64,000 nucleotides of DNA, from the IMG/VR virus record IMGVR_UViG_3300044644_001125, positions 263,257 through 327,256 of that record; one strand, 5' to 3'. Below, one piece after another: positions 22,901 through 33,500 of this stretch (the stretch's first letter is position 1; the number at the start of each line of letters is the position of its first letter). Both the position numbers and the translations under genes were made by a program. The notes beneath the pieces are model-generated. The model made no database searches, was not told the origin of the DNA, and worked only from the letters and a program-made list of their open reading frames with translations.

Positions 22901-25900
22901 TATATTCAAAACTTTCAATAGTTTGTGATAATACATACTGAGAATTAACCTTGGTATATACATACGCTTTACCTTGGTCGATAATTGAACTATCTGCATT
23001 TGGACTAGTTATAACTAGTGTTGAACCAGTTGGATTGATAGCAATCGCATGTCCAAATTTATCACCAGTAGCATCACCAACCATATCATCAAGTTTAACA
23101 ACCGAACTGTCATTCGATGCGTATATATAAACTGAGCCTTTTGGCTGATTTTCACCAACTGGATTTCCAACAACTAACGTAGATCCATCAGAAGTCATTA
23201 CTAACGATTTACCAAATTCGTCCATATCAGTGCTGTTTTCTGGTAATGTATAAGTGGCGTCACCAAATACCCATTCTGAATTTGTATATCTATAAGTGTA
23301 TACAATACCATGGTTATTTGTTAACGTGCTATCACCTGGGTGAACTGCTGCAGAAACAGCTAAAAGATAATCGGTATCCGATGTTTTACCAAGTGCAACC
23401 GCTGTTCCAAACTGAACAGTATTCTCTAAATCTGGACTAACAAATGAAGTTGAATATCTCCAGTTATTATCGTAATATTCATACACTGAAATAACACCTT
23501 GATTGGTTATATTACTCGGTGTACCAGTAGAATCTGATATGATATTTGATGCCTCCTTCCACTTTGTTTTATCAGCAGTGGTATCATTGATACTATCGCC
23601 GATAATTTCAACAATAGATTCCAACAATGCATTTGAAGTTTTTACAATAGCACCAATTGGATATATTGCAGTATTAGTATACGCACCTCGGTAATTACTA
23701 CGAATATGAGATGCACTAGGTGACCCAACAATCAAGAATTTATTGTCTGGTGATATCGCCATCGATTTACCGAATGAACCATCCAATGAGCTACTACCAG
23801 TACGAATCCCTGAAATTGGTTCAACTGATTGATACCAATCCAACCCAGTAGTTCCAACCGAATAAACTTCAATTCTATTAGAACCAGGAATACTGGTAAT
23901 AACTTGGTTTAATGTTTTTGCATACACCGTGGTTGTACCAACACCAATTGGATTATCACCATAAACTGTAGGACTAACTACTGAATATTGGTCTTTCTTT
24001 TGTGATACTTCCCACTTATCAGAATCATTCGCATCAACCCACAGTTTAGCACCGACTGGCAACGTAGCAGCATACAAATCATCAATATCAGAGTATGATT
24101 TATATCTAGCTTTCTTGAAGGTACAAGCATAAATTGGTTTGTTTTGGTTTAATGTTGGGATTGTAGATAGCAATGAACTATCAATAGAGACAGTATTCCA
24201 AGTCACACCAACTACTTTAAATATACCAGAAAACGCAGTGATTGTTCCTAGTGGTCTGACAGCAAATACATCACCAACTTCATAGGTATGTCTACTAGAA
24301 AGTTCAAAATCAATTGTACTGGTTTCTGTGATGTTTACTACGCGCAACGCAGTATCATTGAATCTAAAGACATTCCAAGAATAATCATCGAATGTTACCC
24401 AGATATTGGCATTGTCTTTAATTGCACGGATATCAAGATTTAGAATATCATCAATAGTTTTAACCATATATGAAACGTGTTTAGTGTTAACATACCCAGC
24501 AGTTCTCGATGGTTCTGTTTCATATGATAACTTATTAATACCAACTGTATTACTTGGAGTTAATGTGAAATCAGATGACTTGATTTGGTACGCAATACCA
24601 TCAGATACGGATGTATCAGTAACTAGTAATGGTTGTGGGTTAAGTTTTATTTTATTCTTCTCGATATAAAACTCAAATTCTTCGATTGCATCCACCCCAC
24701 CAAACTGGCCAACTCTAAATGCCCATTCTTCATTAAGAACAATACTAGAATCACCAGATCTGCTTAGTTTATCAAATACCTTGGTTACTGCATTAATTGT
24801 ACCTTTTTCACGAATAAATCCTTGATATAGCTGGAATTGAGTAACTGGATCTTCTGCTAAATCTTGCAAATAACCTCTAGGTTGATACCCAATGGCATGC
24901 CTTGCTAGAGTTCGTTGTGATTCACCAATACCTTCCGCAGTAGTATCGTAATATTCATCAAATTGGTTAATCTTATAATCAAAGTTAGAAACCAATTCCT
25001 TTGTTGGGTTTGTATCAAGTTTAGACCAAACTGCATTGTCAAATGATTCGGTGCTTGTATGTGATTTAATACAAGTCCAATTTGTTGAACGATAAGCAAC
25101 AATATCACCTAGTTTGTAATCTTTATATTGTTGCCAAACAACAATATTAACATTGTCGAATAAGAATCCTGGGCTTGTGTAATCACCATCCCAATCAACT
25201 GTTCTAAATCCCTGTGATTTGATTCTACCTTGTCTATAACCTGTAGTTTTATCATAGATAACATCGTTGAAAACCGTTCTATCAGAAAATACGGTTACAT
25301 GCTCTTTTAGAACACAGTACATATTAAGGTAATAAATCCCATCAGTTGTCGAATCTGGTGTGATGACAATATTTTGGAAAGTTCTAGTTACATTAAGTTG
25401 TTCAATCGGGAATACTTGACCATTACTTTTTAAGATTTCGTAATCATAAAATCCATCAGTTAAGCTATCAACAACACCACCATTCATATTAATTTCAATT
25501 CTACTTGAAATTGGACTTAATGAAATAAGAGATCCAGCTGCCCAATTATGCTTCGTCCAGAACATGAATTCTTTACAACTCGTTGTCCAGTTAATAGGCA
25601 CTCGGTTTTCAGCATCATATCCACTGAATACAAATCCGATAGATTTCAAGTAAACTTCATAACCCAACAAGAAATCAACTACTTCTTGAATAGATTCCAA
25701 GGTAGTTCCATATAGCATTTGTTTAATAGTAAACTTATTGAATGATTTACGATTTTTAGCTACAACTTCGCCGGTTATCGGCAAATTTGACAGCAACTTC
25801 CAGTAATCGTGCTCATCATTAAATGTCGTACTTGAATTGGTTTTTAATGCTCTGTAAAAATGCTGTTCATATCTTACGATTTGACCATTCGCATACGTTA

Positions 25901-28900
25901 CATTTGGTTCCCAATCAGTATAGGCCGCACTAACACCACCAACAGAAATGACTTGGTCGGTATTCTGTGGAGTAATAGTCAAATATGGATCTTTACTAGA
26001 AGCCAGAGCTTCGTAATAATTAAAGAATTGATTATTTGAGTTATATCCACTAATTACCCAACCAGTATCTGATTTAGTTATCATCACACCACTATACGTT
26101 ATAGTACGAATGGGTGAACTAACATTGAATATAATGTCATAGTTTTCAGGTGGAACAAATACTGTACTACCGAGTGTACTTGTTTTACTATCAAGTATAT
26201 ACTTTTGTTGGTCTGTTACTACGAAACCAGATAGTCGGGTAGATAACTTCACATCTAAGTTCTTGATTTTTTTCTCAACCAATACTGGGTCGGTACCTTT
26301 GGATTTAGCATGGTCAACCAAATAGGTAATCAAACCAGTGGATTGCACTGTGTTAGTTGGGATAACCAAGTCTGATAAGGTAACAAATACACCACTTGTA
26401 GTGTGTACTGTTTGTCCAACCAAATTGGTTTTTGTTCTTGACGAATCAAATCTATCTGAAATATATTCAAATGGTTTCATCAAACACATAGCAATACTAA
26501 CCGTAAACGCCCAGTCTGAACTAGAACGCCAAGCATATTCTACCGGTGATACATCACCAAATACAAAACTACCTTGTGTTGCATATATGTCATAATTATG
26601 AGCTAATCTTGACATCAATGGACTTAGCAATGCACCATGTTCATCAACTGGTAAATGATCTAATAAGGTACTACGCTTATATCTAGCATATTCACCTGCT
26701 CTTTCACCTTGACGGATAATACCGTCACGTAAATCTTCCCATAGAATCAAGTTATTGCTTGTATATGGTGCTGGACCATATTCGGATTCCCACCACAACG
26801 GCTGTTGTGAAAAACCAAGCATCTCCCATGGGCATCTATGTGGTCGATCTGTGTCATAAAACCAATTATAAATTCCACGCCAGTACCCAGGCAATCCCTG
26901 CGTACTAGTAGGATCTGTCATATTACTATAATTATAAGTGAACGTATTCGATGAATCATACCAATCATTATTAGTATAAGTCATCTGATATTGTGTAGAC
27001 CACTTATAGAATTCGGTTTTAATTACAGAATCTATCTCGTCTTTTGAATACAAGCCAGTGTCGTAATAACCACCCATGATTGAATCCAAATCAAATATAT
27101 CTGAATTATATTCTTGTTTGATATTGTTATAGATTCTTAATTCCAATTCTAATAACAAATCATCACGATAGTCTTCATACGCTGCAGTTATACTACCATC
27201 ATGCCCCTGAATAACCATCCGAGGTGTGACATAAGTATCATCCAAGAATTTCATTGGTGTGAATTTCTTAAATAATCCCATTGATGTTGGTGTTGCTGGT
27301 ATATAGTTAACTGACGTTGACAAGTATTCACGAATTTCGACAATATCACCTTCGAATAATTCAGTTAACAATGTAACATAACCGAATACATCATTAAACA
27401 TGTAGTCGGTTGTATTCAGCAAGTGTGTTGGCTTTAACAACCCATCGGCTACTCGATACACGTATACATAAACCGCTGAAGTACTTATTTCTGTCAAATT
27501 GATTTTTTTCGACAATGCAAATGTTTTAATTCCAGTATCTTCAACTGTATATCTTATTGGCGTATAAGCACCACTACCGAGCATGTCAGAATTTGCAAAT
27601 GGGCTTTCTGCTGTTTTGGTAGATGTCATCAACGTTATCAATTCATCAACTGCATCAACGTTATTCATACCAGCATATTGCGATGCCTGTTCAATGAAGT
27701 TATTCTTAAATTCAGTATACATCTTTTTAGCATACTGTATGGATTTTATAACGTTGTGAGTTTTATCACATAATACAGTAACTGCCAATGGTGCAAGCCC
27801 AGCATGTTTCAAAAATCTCGATGCATACTGTTGGTAATTAGTCAAGTCACGAAGATTAGACACACCTGGAGTTATCCCAGAAAAATCCGAAAAGAACTCA
27901 ACTGCTGATGATATATGGTCATCCGCTTGTCCAAGCGTAAATGTCGTCATTTCTTGATTTAACGGGTTCTTTTCCAACCCAACTGGCATTTGATAATACC
28001 CAGTATTTGGATCGATATTAGCAATTATCTTAATAGATACGATATCATTAACCGCTAAGTTTTTTGGAAACGTAAACTGATCACCTTCTCTGAAATACGT
28101 TCCAGTATAAGGTTTTCCATTTATGTACAATCTAACAATTAGGTCTGATAACGGTATGTTTGAAAAATCAATGGTAGTAAAGGTTACTACTGTCGTAGCC
28201 TCTGTGATTTTTTGACTATCGATGATAGGTTGGATGTACTTGTTATCAGTTTTAATCCAGCCATTATCGAATTCTAAGCCAATATTAGTTAGTTTGTAAT
28301 ACCCGGATTCTATCTTTTTTGTTGTAGTTACTTTGTTTATCGCATAAGTAAACGTGTCAATACCAAAGTTCCAATTGAACTGGATATCTCCAATGTTACC
28401 GATGTTTAGGTAACTTAAACTGAATCCAAGCTGAGTATCTGTTCTACCATTACCAACTTTATAACTAAGAATTTTAGAACCAGCAAATGTACTACCTGGA
28501 TAATATTCAGTATTTGAAAAACTAATTTCATTATCGTCGTATACATCAAATAAAGGTGCTTGGTTAACTGCAGTTTTTTGTTGACTTAATACCCATTTAA
28601 CACCATCAAAATGGAACATTTCACCACCAAAGTTTTTACCATGTTTGATAAGAACGCATTGGTCAATGTATGGTAATGAATCATCCACCTCTATCAAATG
28701 AATTTGTGGAACTATAGTTGTGGTGGTATCAGTTATTGATTGCGTATTATGGTTGAAGTTCATTAACTGAACTTCGTAAATCTTATTATTGACTAAGTTA
28801 TCAGTATCTGCGGTTACTAATATTCTAGCACCGTGAAATAAGGTTTCATTATCAATTTGGTACCCAGAACTACCTTCAATTGTAGAAAAAACATCAGTGG

Positions 28901-30551
28901 TTAGGGTATCAACAAAATCAACTGGTCTTTTTGCAATCGCACCATAATTGAATAGTCTTAAATTTGACGAGAACTCGATGATAGGACGTTTTGCTCTATT
29001 AGTTTCTGGTGCAGAGTATTCTTGCCCACGAATAGCACATGAGTACTCAAGAACAGAACGATGGAACCATCGATTGTATCGACTCCATGAATTAGAATCA
29101 ATACTAGAATGTGATATCGTAATATAATCTTGGTCAGTTGGATAAGCACTAGCCTCATCAAATGGCTGTGTGTCGAATCCTTCGTTGTCAAAAAGAACAT
29201 CAGGAACATCTTTAGAAATTCTAGGTGTTACCAAATCGGCAAATGGCATCAATGTTATAGACGAACCAACACCACTAACCAACCAAGTACCACTAGCATA
29301 TGTCGATGGAGTTACTGAACCCCTGAATTCAACAACTAAACCATTGGTGAATACAATACCATTGCTACTTGTGTAGTTTTTTAATCCAACGATTTCAGCA
29401 TTAACATCAATTTCAGTATTAATCTTAATATCGGCAATGATGAATCTACCCAATTTATTTGGATCTAATGGGCTTTGATAATATAAGGAATCAGGTGCAT
29501 CATAAGGAACTTGGAATGTAACAGTTGCATTACTTGTACCATTATTCATCACACCTGTGTTATATTCCAACGAAGGTGCTTTAACAACATACCCAATGAA
29601 TCTCCATTCAGCCGAACCAGTCACAGGTAGGGATATTACATCGCTTGGTATGTTAGCAATTGCTTCCCATAATCCATTTGAATATACAACAGTCGAACCA
29701 ATCTTATATTCAGTTCCGGTGATATATTCATTAAATGCAGTTTGATATATGAATCTAACGAATTCCCAATCAGTAATTAAATTAGGAACTGTTCTGGTTG
29801 CACTTGCAACAATTCGAGTTTTTGCACGAATTAACTGGTTTTCATAAACCGCAAGTTGACCTTGGGTATATGCAAGTACTGGATTGTAAGAAATTGAACC
29901 GGTATCATACTGCGTTCTAATGATAAAACTATCATTAGGTGTATTAACATTAAACTTGTAAGTTTGACCACGATATAGGGTCAATGTTGGATTGTTAACT
30001 ACATTAGCTACATTCGTGACTTGTGTGAACACAAAAGAATTAGCAGCAACTGTTACATTGTACTCACTAATTACCTTTGCACTATGCCCAATTACTGGAA
30101 CTGAAAGAGGACCATCTGGTTCCCAGAAGTATTCACGATAATTGATAAATTTATCCCAACTAATTGGTGGATTCCACGAATAATGTTGTTGTGATGTGAT
30201 ATGGTCATCTCTATCATTAGTATTACCAAAGAATTTAAGTTGGTTCTTTAAATCAATGTAATCATAAAAGTTTTCGATTTTATCGCCATCTGTAAACACC
30301 ACACCAGGTTCTAACTGATATCTACTACGAAGCGTGTTATCAGAATCCAGATAGGTATCAGAACCACTGTATGTTTTTCCGTATCTTCGACCGACATAAC
30401 CAACTGTCTTTTGTAAAAGACCAGGTTGAATTAATGGATCGACAGCGGCCGCCATGAATTTGTTGTTTGTTTCCGTTTTAAAAACGCCTGGCAATAAGTC
30501 AACAGTTTTTCTTATTGGTAATTGGCTTTCTGGGTAAAATTGTTCAGTCAT
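16962..30551 (-). CDS. Giant (4529 aa) baseplate wedge-type structural protein
   Basis: Directly downstream of the gp6-like gene; contains CBM5/12-like repeats, FG-GAP-like propeller repeats and a gp7-like IEEVKPYRSTIREY segment. Confidence 0.7.
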   Translation of the reverse strand: MTEQFYPESQLPIRKTVDLLPGVFKTETNNKFMAAAVDPLIQPGLLQKTVGYVGRRYGKTYSGSDTYLDSDNTLRSRYQLEPGVVFTDGDKIENFYDYIDLKNQLKFFGNTNDRDDHITSQQHYSWNPPISWDKFINYREYFWEPDGPLSVPVIGHSAKVISEYNVTVAANSFVFTQVTNVANVVNNPTLTLYRGQTYKFNVNTPNDSFIIRTQYDTGSISYNPVLAYTQGQLAVYENQLIRAKTRIVASATRTVPNLITDWEFVRFIYQTAFNEYITGTEYKIGSTVVYSNGLWEAIANIPSDVISLPVTGSAEWRFIGYVVKAPSLEYNTGVMNNGTSNATVTFQVPYDAPDSLYYQSPLDPNKLGRFIIADIKINTEIDVNAEIVGLKNYTSSNGIVFTNGLVVEFRGSVTPSTYASGTWLVSGVGSSITLMPFADLVTPRISKDVPDVLFDNEGFDTQPFDEASAYPTDQDYITISHSSIDSNSWSRYNRWFHRSVLEYSCAIRGQEYSAPETNRAKRPIIEFSSNLRLFNYGAIAKRPVDFVDTLTTDVFSTIEGSSGYQIDNETLFHGARILVTADTDNLVNNKIYEVQLMNFNHNTQSITDTTTTIVPQIHLIEVDDSLPYIDQCVLIKHGKNFGGEMFHFDGVKWVLSQQKTAVNQAPLFDVYDDNEISFSNTEYYPGSTFAGSKILSYKVGNGRTDTQLGFSLSYLNIGNIGDIQFNWNFGIDTFTYAINKVTTTKKIESGYYKLTNIGLEFDNGWIKTDNKYIQPIIDSQKITEATTVVTFTTIDFSNIPLSDLIVRLYINGKPYTGTYFREGDQFTFPKNLAVNDIVSIKIIANIDPNTGYYQMPVGLEKNPLNQEMTTFTLGQADDHISSAVEFFSDFSGITPGVSNLRDLTNYQQYASRFLKHAGLAPLAVTVLCDKTHNVIKSIQYAKKMYTEFKNNFIEQASQYAGMNNVDAVDELITLMTSTKTAESPFANSDMLGSGAYTPIRYTVEDTGIKTFALSKKINLTEISTSAVYVYVYRVADGLLKPTHLLNTTDYMFNDVFGYVTLLTELFEGDIVEIREYLSTSVNYIPATPTSMGLFKKFTPMKFLDDTYVTPRMVIQGHDGSITAAYEDYRDDLLLELELRIYNNIKQEYNSDIFDLDSIMGGYYDTGLYSKDEIDSVIKTEFYKWSTQYQMTYTNNDWYDSSNTFTYNYSNMTDPTSTQGLPGYWRGIYNWFYDTDRPHRCPWEMLGFSQQPLWWESEYGPAPYTSNNLILWEDLRDGIIRQGERAGEYARYKRSTLLDHLPVDEHGALLSPLMSRLAHNYDIYATQGSFVFGDVSPVEYAWRSSSDWAFTVSIAMCLMKPFEYISDRFDSSRTKTNLVGQTVHTTSGVFVTLSDLVIPTNTVQSTGLITYLVDHAKSKGTDPVLVEKKIKNLDVKLSTRLSGFVVTDQQKYILDSKTSTLGSTVFVPPENYDIIFNVSSPIRTITYSGVMITKSDTGWVISGYNSNNQFFNYYEALASSKDPYLTITPQNTDQVISVGGVSAAYTDWEPNVTYANGQIVRYEQHFYRALKTNSSTTFNDEHDYWKLLSNLPITGEVVAKNRKSFNKFTIKQMLYGTTLESIQEVVDFLLGYEVYLKSIGFVFSGYDAENRVPINWTTSCKEFMFWTKHNWAAGSLISLSPISSRIEINMNGGVVDSLTDGFYDYEILKSNGQVFPIEQLNVTRTFQNIVITPDSTTDGIYYLNMYCVLKEHVTVFSDRTVFNDVIYDKTTGYRQGRIKSQGFRTVDWDGDYTSPGFLFDNVNIVVWQQYKDYKLGDIVAYRSTNWTCIKSHTSTESFDNAVWSKLDTNPTKELVSNFDYKINQFDEYYDTTAEGIGESQRTLARHAIGYQPRGYLQDLAEDPVTQFQLYQGFIREKGTINAVTKVFDKLSRSGDSSIVLNEEWAFRVGQFGGVDAIEEFEFYIEKNKIKLNPQPLLVTDTSVSDGIAYQIKSSDFTLTPSNTVGINKLSYETEPSRTAGYVNTKHVSYMVKTIDDILNLDIRAIKDNANIWVTFDDYSWNVFRFNDTALRVVNITETSTIDFELSSRHTYEVGDVFAVRPLGTITAFSGIFKVVGVTWNTVSIDSSLLSTIPTLNQNKPIYACTFKKARYKSYSDIDDLYAATLPVGAKLWVDANDSDKWEVSQKKDQYSVVSPTVYGDNPIGVGTTTVYAKTLNQVITSIPGSNRIEVYSVGTTGLDWYQSVEPISGIRTGSSSLDGSFGKSMAISPDNKFLIVGSPSASHIRSNYRGAYTNTAIYPIGAIVKTSNALLESIVEIIGDSINDTTADKTKWKEASNIISDSTGTPSNITNQGVISVYEYYDNNWRYSTSFVSPDLENTVQFGTAVALGKTSDTDYLLAVSAAVHPGDSTLTNNHGIVYTYRYTNSEWVFGDATYTLPENSTDMDEFGKSLVMTSDGSTLVVGNPVGENQPKGSVYIYASNDSSVVKLDDMVGDATGDKFGHAIAINPTGSTLVITSPNADSSIIDQGKAYVYTKVNSQYVLSQTIESFEYITNEQFGSSVAISDNRIVISAKNTDYVTYDSFNATFDGGRTTFYSERGYAGAVYVFEKKGDQYLLTSELKPTLRPYESFGGSLACTDSSIFVGSPTYTLPTSDTLVGCLRMFTNTNSNGAWDIIASQQQVVDTRNVKSISLYDNVNSLKIQDVDYVDNSKLKVLNIAEQEITFKTMYDPAVYSIGTNDETQIIEPSQAWADKNVGTLWWDISKSKWMYAEQDDLTYRTGHWNVQVTGSTVDVYEWVKTTILPSEWASLADTTEGLASGISGQPLYSDDSVMVVKELYNSVTGVVTGTQYYYWVKNTALIPDAVIGRNLSALDVANAIDNPIGTGIAFVGLCSPAAMLAYNFGSVLTTETALVNIEYFKDSYNQVPVHNEYQLLSEGSESFELSNELEAKWIDSVIGRDVVGNRVPDNTLPTKLKYGVSFRPRQSMFIDRLPALKMVITNVNSILTTEPFTGNMNFSNLNLVDQAPIVELNYYDTTVDTYQDLQNVGITRVTQAELGVELTNGKVTAVNIVKQGYGYKPNVPVYESISIPAYNYQGVGYQGPLVTVSGDGTGAVVQLIIDKNGSAIQANIISSGKKYSNATATVRPYSVLVNSDSTISGYWSIYAWDSVSKQFVRSSAQAYDTTKYWSYVDWWATGYNSSSKVTNEITAIVSIKTINPVIGDLIRIKEFESGGWATFECIAVPVDAGIFSDFYTMVGRENGTIQLSTKLYDDVTSGVGYDSSAAFDSISYDMDSSLELRNILRAVKHDICIGNNATEWGNLFFTCVRAVFAEQLYVDWAFKTSFLTAVHNVGPFEQPLNYKNDSLQSFQSYIEEVKPYRSTIREYISKYDTTEESSIAIGDFDLPVAYTGGSNKPVTIYDWYTLNQYPWKWWTDNNTFTVKQIILASGGENYNQPPSVVITGTGVGATAKAYISNGVVSNIIIENAGIGYKEAPTVELIGGNTPGSKSASAIAVIGDSKVRLFNVAMKFDRISKTGLYQSLYNTETFIATGYTSVFNLMYAPLNEKNRITVYINDKLILSSEYTVELVIPAGNANIATSGMIIFNNNPIVGDVIVVNYEKHDSLLDSVNRISKYYQPMSGMKGNQLSQLITGVDFGGVQVQGTTFDVTGGWDSQPWFTDNWDSVEQSSDYYYVCDGIANPVIATTVTLPFVPVAGQHINIYVKRESWKSVKQYGLKSTAYTLYDGSMPSVIRLDDIAYTSQWDSTSTINPYAQMPTFIGDGVSATIDIGSYFDTIQGDTLIFRPEESDGSLVINDPNIVDTNMSGGSLERLNNAYTTATGLKAEEIIIEGGKFISPENVSATEENVPGQVLDSLSIKVFDTKSTGSTPLHSTVFISDGITTTYSIGLPIIEFSSVIVTVNKVKKSIDTHYTINLTNNTVKFVLPVTAGAIIEITAIGVGGVAILDSKSFVADGKSAKFATNAKFKDTTSVYVTVNGISTDASFGSTTGKKITGKTEVTVNPMPTVSDDVKVVCFGANANVDFDTSIARINEQTFIYTDNPEFTLSMFAVEPTNHQYTPMIVNVNGSALTGVDTTYGVYTGSTAQFKIELGSGYATPSNIKVYVNGVLKSFLVDYVFNEEMTLVTIDSLVINDVVLIENNSNAEYSINGNTLIISSELTTNDVVNVVWFTQYQTMQLLTDEHVGGKASYALAMKPIDSSYVWVYVNGVKLTPIRDYYLSDDKTKVYLLDTTSESDMVKVVLFGSKLCSTKSYEISKDMLNVFRYNRYSIGTIQLAKDLNYYDTEILVTDASLLSIPVAARNQPGTVLINGERIEYLMLTDNTLSQLRRGSMGTAIAELYTAGTDVADVSIQERIPYNETEMKESFMIDGSTRSVGPLSYIPVKSVRTNWAAGNIPTGYGPCDQVEVFVGGRRLRKNPMHVFNESLGSTSPRADELLDAEFSVDGTSNYIRLTDSVLDSIPVNASVNVVVYRKVGKVWYEQTATAASAGITLLENNTPMAKFISQKTTAMIG

Positions 30552-30562
30552 TAGTCACACTT

Positions 30563-33500
30563 CTAGGTTGATGATGTAATTGTTGTTGAACTCGCTCTAA
30601 CTTCAGTAGCTGAAATGGCGGTTACTATATCAATATTGTCTACGGTTGCACCGCTAACTAATATTTCATCGTGTTTACTTTGTATTTCAAACAAACTACC
30701 GAATGATTGGGCAGTTTGCTTTGGGACAATGATTATATTACTGATATCTGGTGAAACTGAATTCAAAATATAGGTAGTTAATTCACCCAAATAGAATCTA
30801 TCACCAAAATCCCAGTAATTGATATCAAAAAACTCATTGACTGCCGTTATTATTCTAACTTTCAGGTCATTGTCATTGATTGTTTTATTTGGATTTTTAA
30901 CAACTTTGAACTGAGCCTGTAATTGTTCATCTGCTAATGCACCAAATAACACTTTATATCTAACAGGATGGTAAATTATTTCATCACTGATTGATTTGAT
31001 TGCATTGAGTTTAGAACCGAAGCTAATTCTTAGACTATCACTACTTGGTGGTTCTGGTGGTGTTGTTAATCCACCACTCAAATAACTACGGAAAGCAGTA
31101 TCATACGACCGTGTCATGATAGAAAGATCCATGATGTTACTCGAACTTGGGTCTATTCTTCTCGCAGAATTGGCATTGTGTACGTACTGGAACTTAAGTC
31201 CAGATCTACCAACAACTGCTTTATATGAACTAATCAACGTAAACGTATTCGTTGTTCTATTAACTTCCTTGACGTAATCTTCAGCGGAATCATAAAAGTA
31301 TATCAGTTGGCCGGTAGTATACTGTGTTATATCAGTAGTTAATTCGGATTCTCGCACTACAATACTAGTAATTGATGTATCCACGAAATCATGGTATACG
31401 TTACCAGCGCCATCAGTTGTTTCCTTGAAGAAAATATACAAGTTTGCTTTATCTTCACCATTAGAATCTAATGAATGCGCTGTATCTTCACCCACTAACA
31501 TGACAAATGATTCTGGGTTATCAACAACACCATCACTATTTGCATCACTGAATGTTAGTTTAACTTCAGCATTACTAACGTATCCATCATTGAATTTAAC
31601 AGTATCCGAAATTTCAAACGTAACATCGGTATTTAACTGGTTGATTCTATCTGGTCCAGTGTTAATCCCAAGAATTCTAACGTTATCCTTTACAACTTTA
31701 CCAAGTTGATCGTTATATGCCTTCTCATATGAATCAAAATAGAATCTATTTTGCTCAATACTGCCAAACACGTAATCTAATGCTCTTACCCGAACCGTGT
31801 ATTGGTCAGCTTCTTTAACAAAAGCAACTATCCACGACGCATCGGTATTGGTATTTGTCGAATCACCAGCAGATATTAGATTAAAACTGGCAGTTAGATC
31901 AATATTGGACGGTGTTATCAAATACCACGACGCAGCAGTAACATCATATCTTAATCCAAAATTAACATTTTGATAGGCTTGGTTAACAATCTCTGATTCC
32001 AAACCAACTGGCAGGTTATTAACGAATTTTGGTACAATTCTCGATATAATCGAACCATTAGGGATAACATCATTAAAGGTTACTGTACCAAGACCATTAC
32101 TAAGTACACCTAGGCCATTATTGGTACCATCACCAACAACTTTAATAACTTTAACCCATAACTCATTGACTTGCGCTGGGTCGGTTGCATCAGTAGTTAC
32201 TAACTTTCCATTTTTAAATGAATTTCCAGTTGGTGGCGTGAACTTAACCATTGCTCCATATGAAATGTATTTTAAATTATTAGTACCGTATGCCTGTCCA
32301 ACCTTTTTAACAAGTCCGTTATTAACGAAATATCCAGTTGATATGTTAGTTCCCGATGAACATTGTGTCCAAGTAGTTAATCCATCAAATAACTTCTTAT
32401 CATATTTTGTAATATAGAAGTTGTAAACATCGGTTTTAGTGATAGCAGGTTCTACAATCTGTCTAATTGCATTGATAATGTCATTTTTGGTATTGAACTT
32501 AAATGACAAGGTATGTTCGATATCATCTTTGTAAATATACCCATCGTCGGCAAATACATTAACCGAACTATACTTACCACTGGCATCGATTATTTCAAAA
32601 TTACGTGAAATACCACTAGATGTTCGGTTAACTGCTTTGATTTTGATGATATCTTGCGAACTTGAAAGTGGTGCTAAATTGTAATCCTCACCAGTTATCA
32701 TTCTATTTTGTGTATAGTACATCGCAGGTGCATTTGTTCTAATGCTTTCCACACTTTCAGTTGCAGCCGCATTAGAAACAGTCTGTTGCAAACCTAATCC
32801 AATAGTTATCGTTTGTTTTGCACCGGTTTTATTGACGTATGGAATACTAATCGAAATACCACGCATTTCAGTTGGTGAGATTGCATAAGATAAACCATTA
32901 CTTACTCGGTAAAATACTCTGAATTTACCTTGCGGTACATTACCATACACACCATCGGCAAATGACAATTCAATTTTATCGTTTTCTTTTGATGTAACTG
33001 CAAAGATGTTACGAATACTACGTGATAAGCTGTTATATGCGATGTTATTACCAACCAAGTTTGATACTTGAGCCCATTGATTCAATTGTTCGTTTTTTGG
33101 ACCAAGTGCAAACATCCAAACATCATCGTTATTGATGTTTTGACTTTCGACTGCGATCTTTTCATTTGGGATAGGTGTATCTATTGAGAAATCAGCTAAT
33201 TCCAAACTACCTTGTTTGAACATTAGATGGAATCCATTACTTGCACTACCTGGTCCTTTACCGTCGTTACGATAAACGAACCCAAGTTGATTACCTGGAT
33301 AGGGTGCTTCTTCGTAGATAGATTCGCTATTTTTAAACGATGTACTAACAACTTCAAATGCCATACTTCTGCCAGCAACAGATTTGCTATACGTATAGAT
33401 TGGCACATCGGTATTAATCGTATTGAAGCGGTATTGTTGTGTTGGAATACCACCAATCGTAGCAGACCCTTGGCTTTTTCCAAATTCAGTATTAGCAGCC

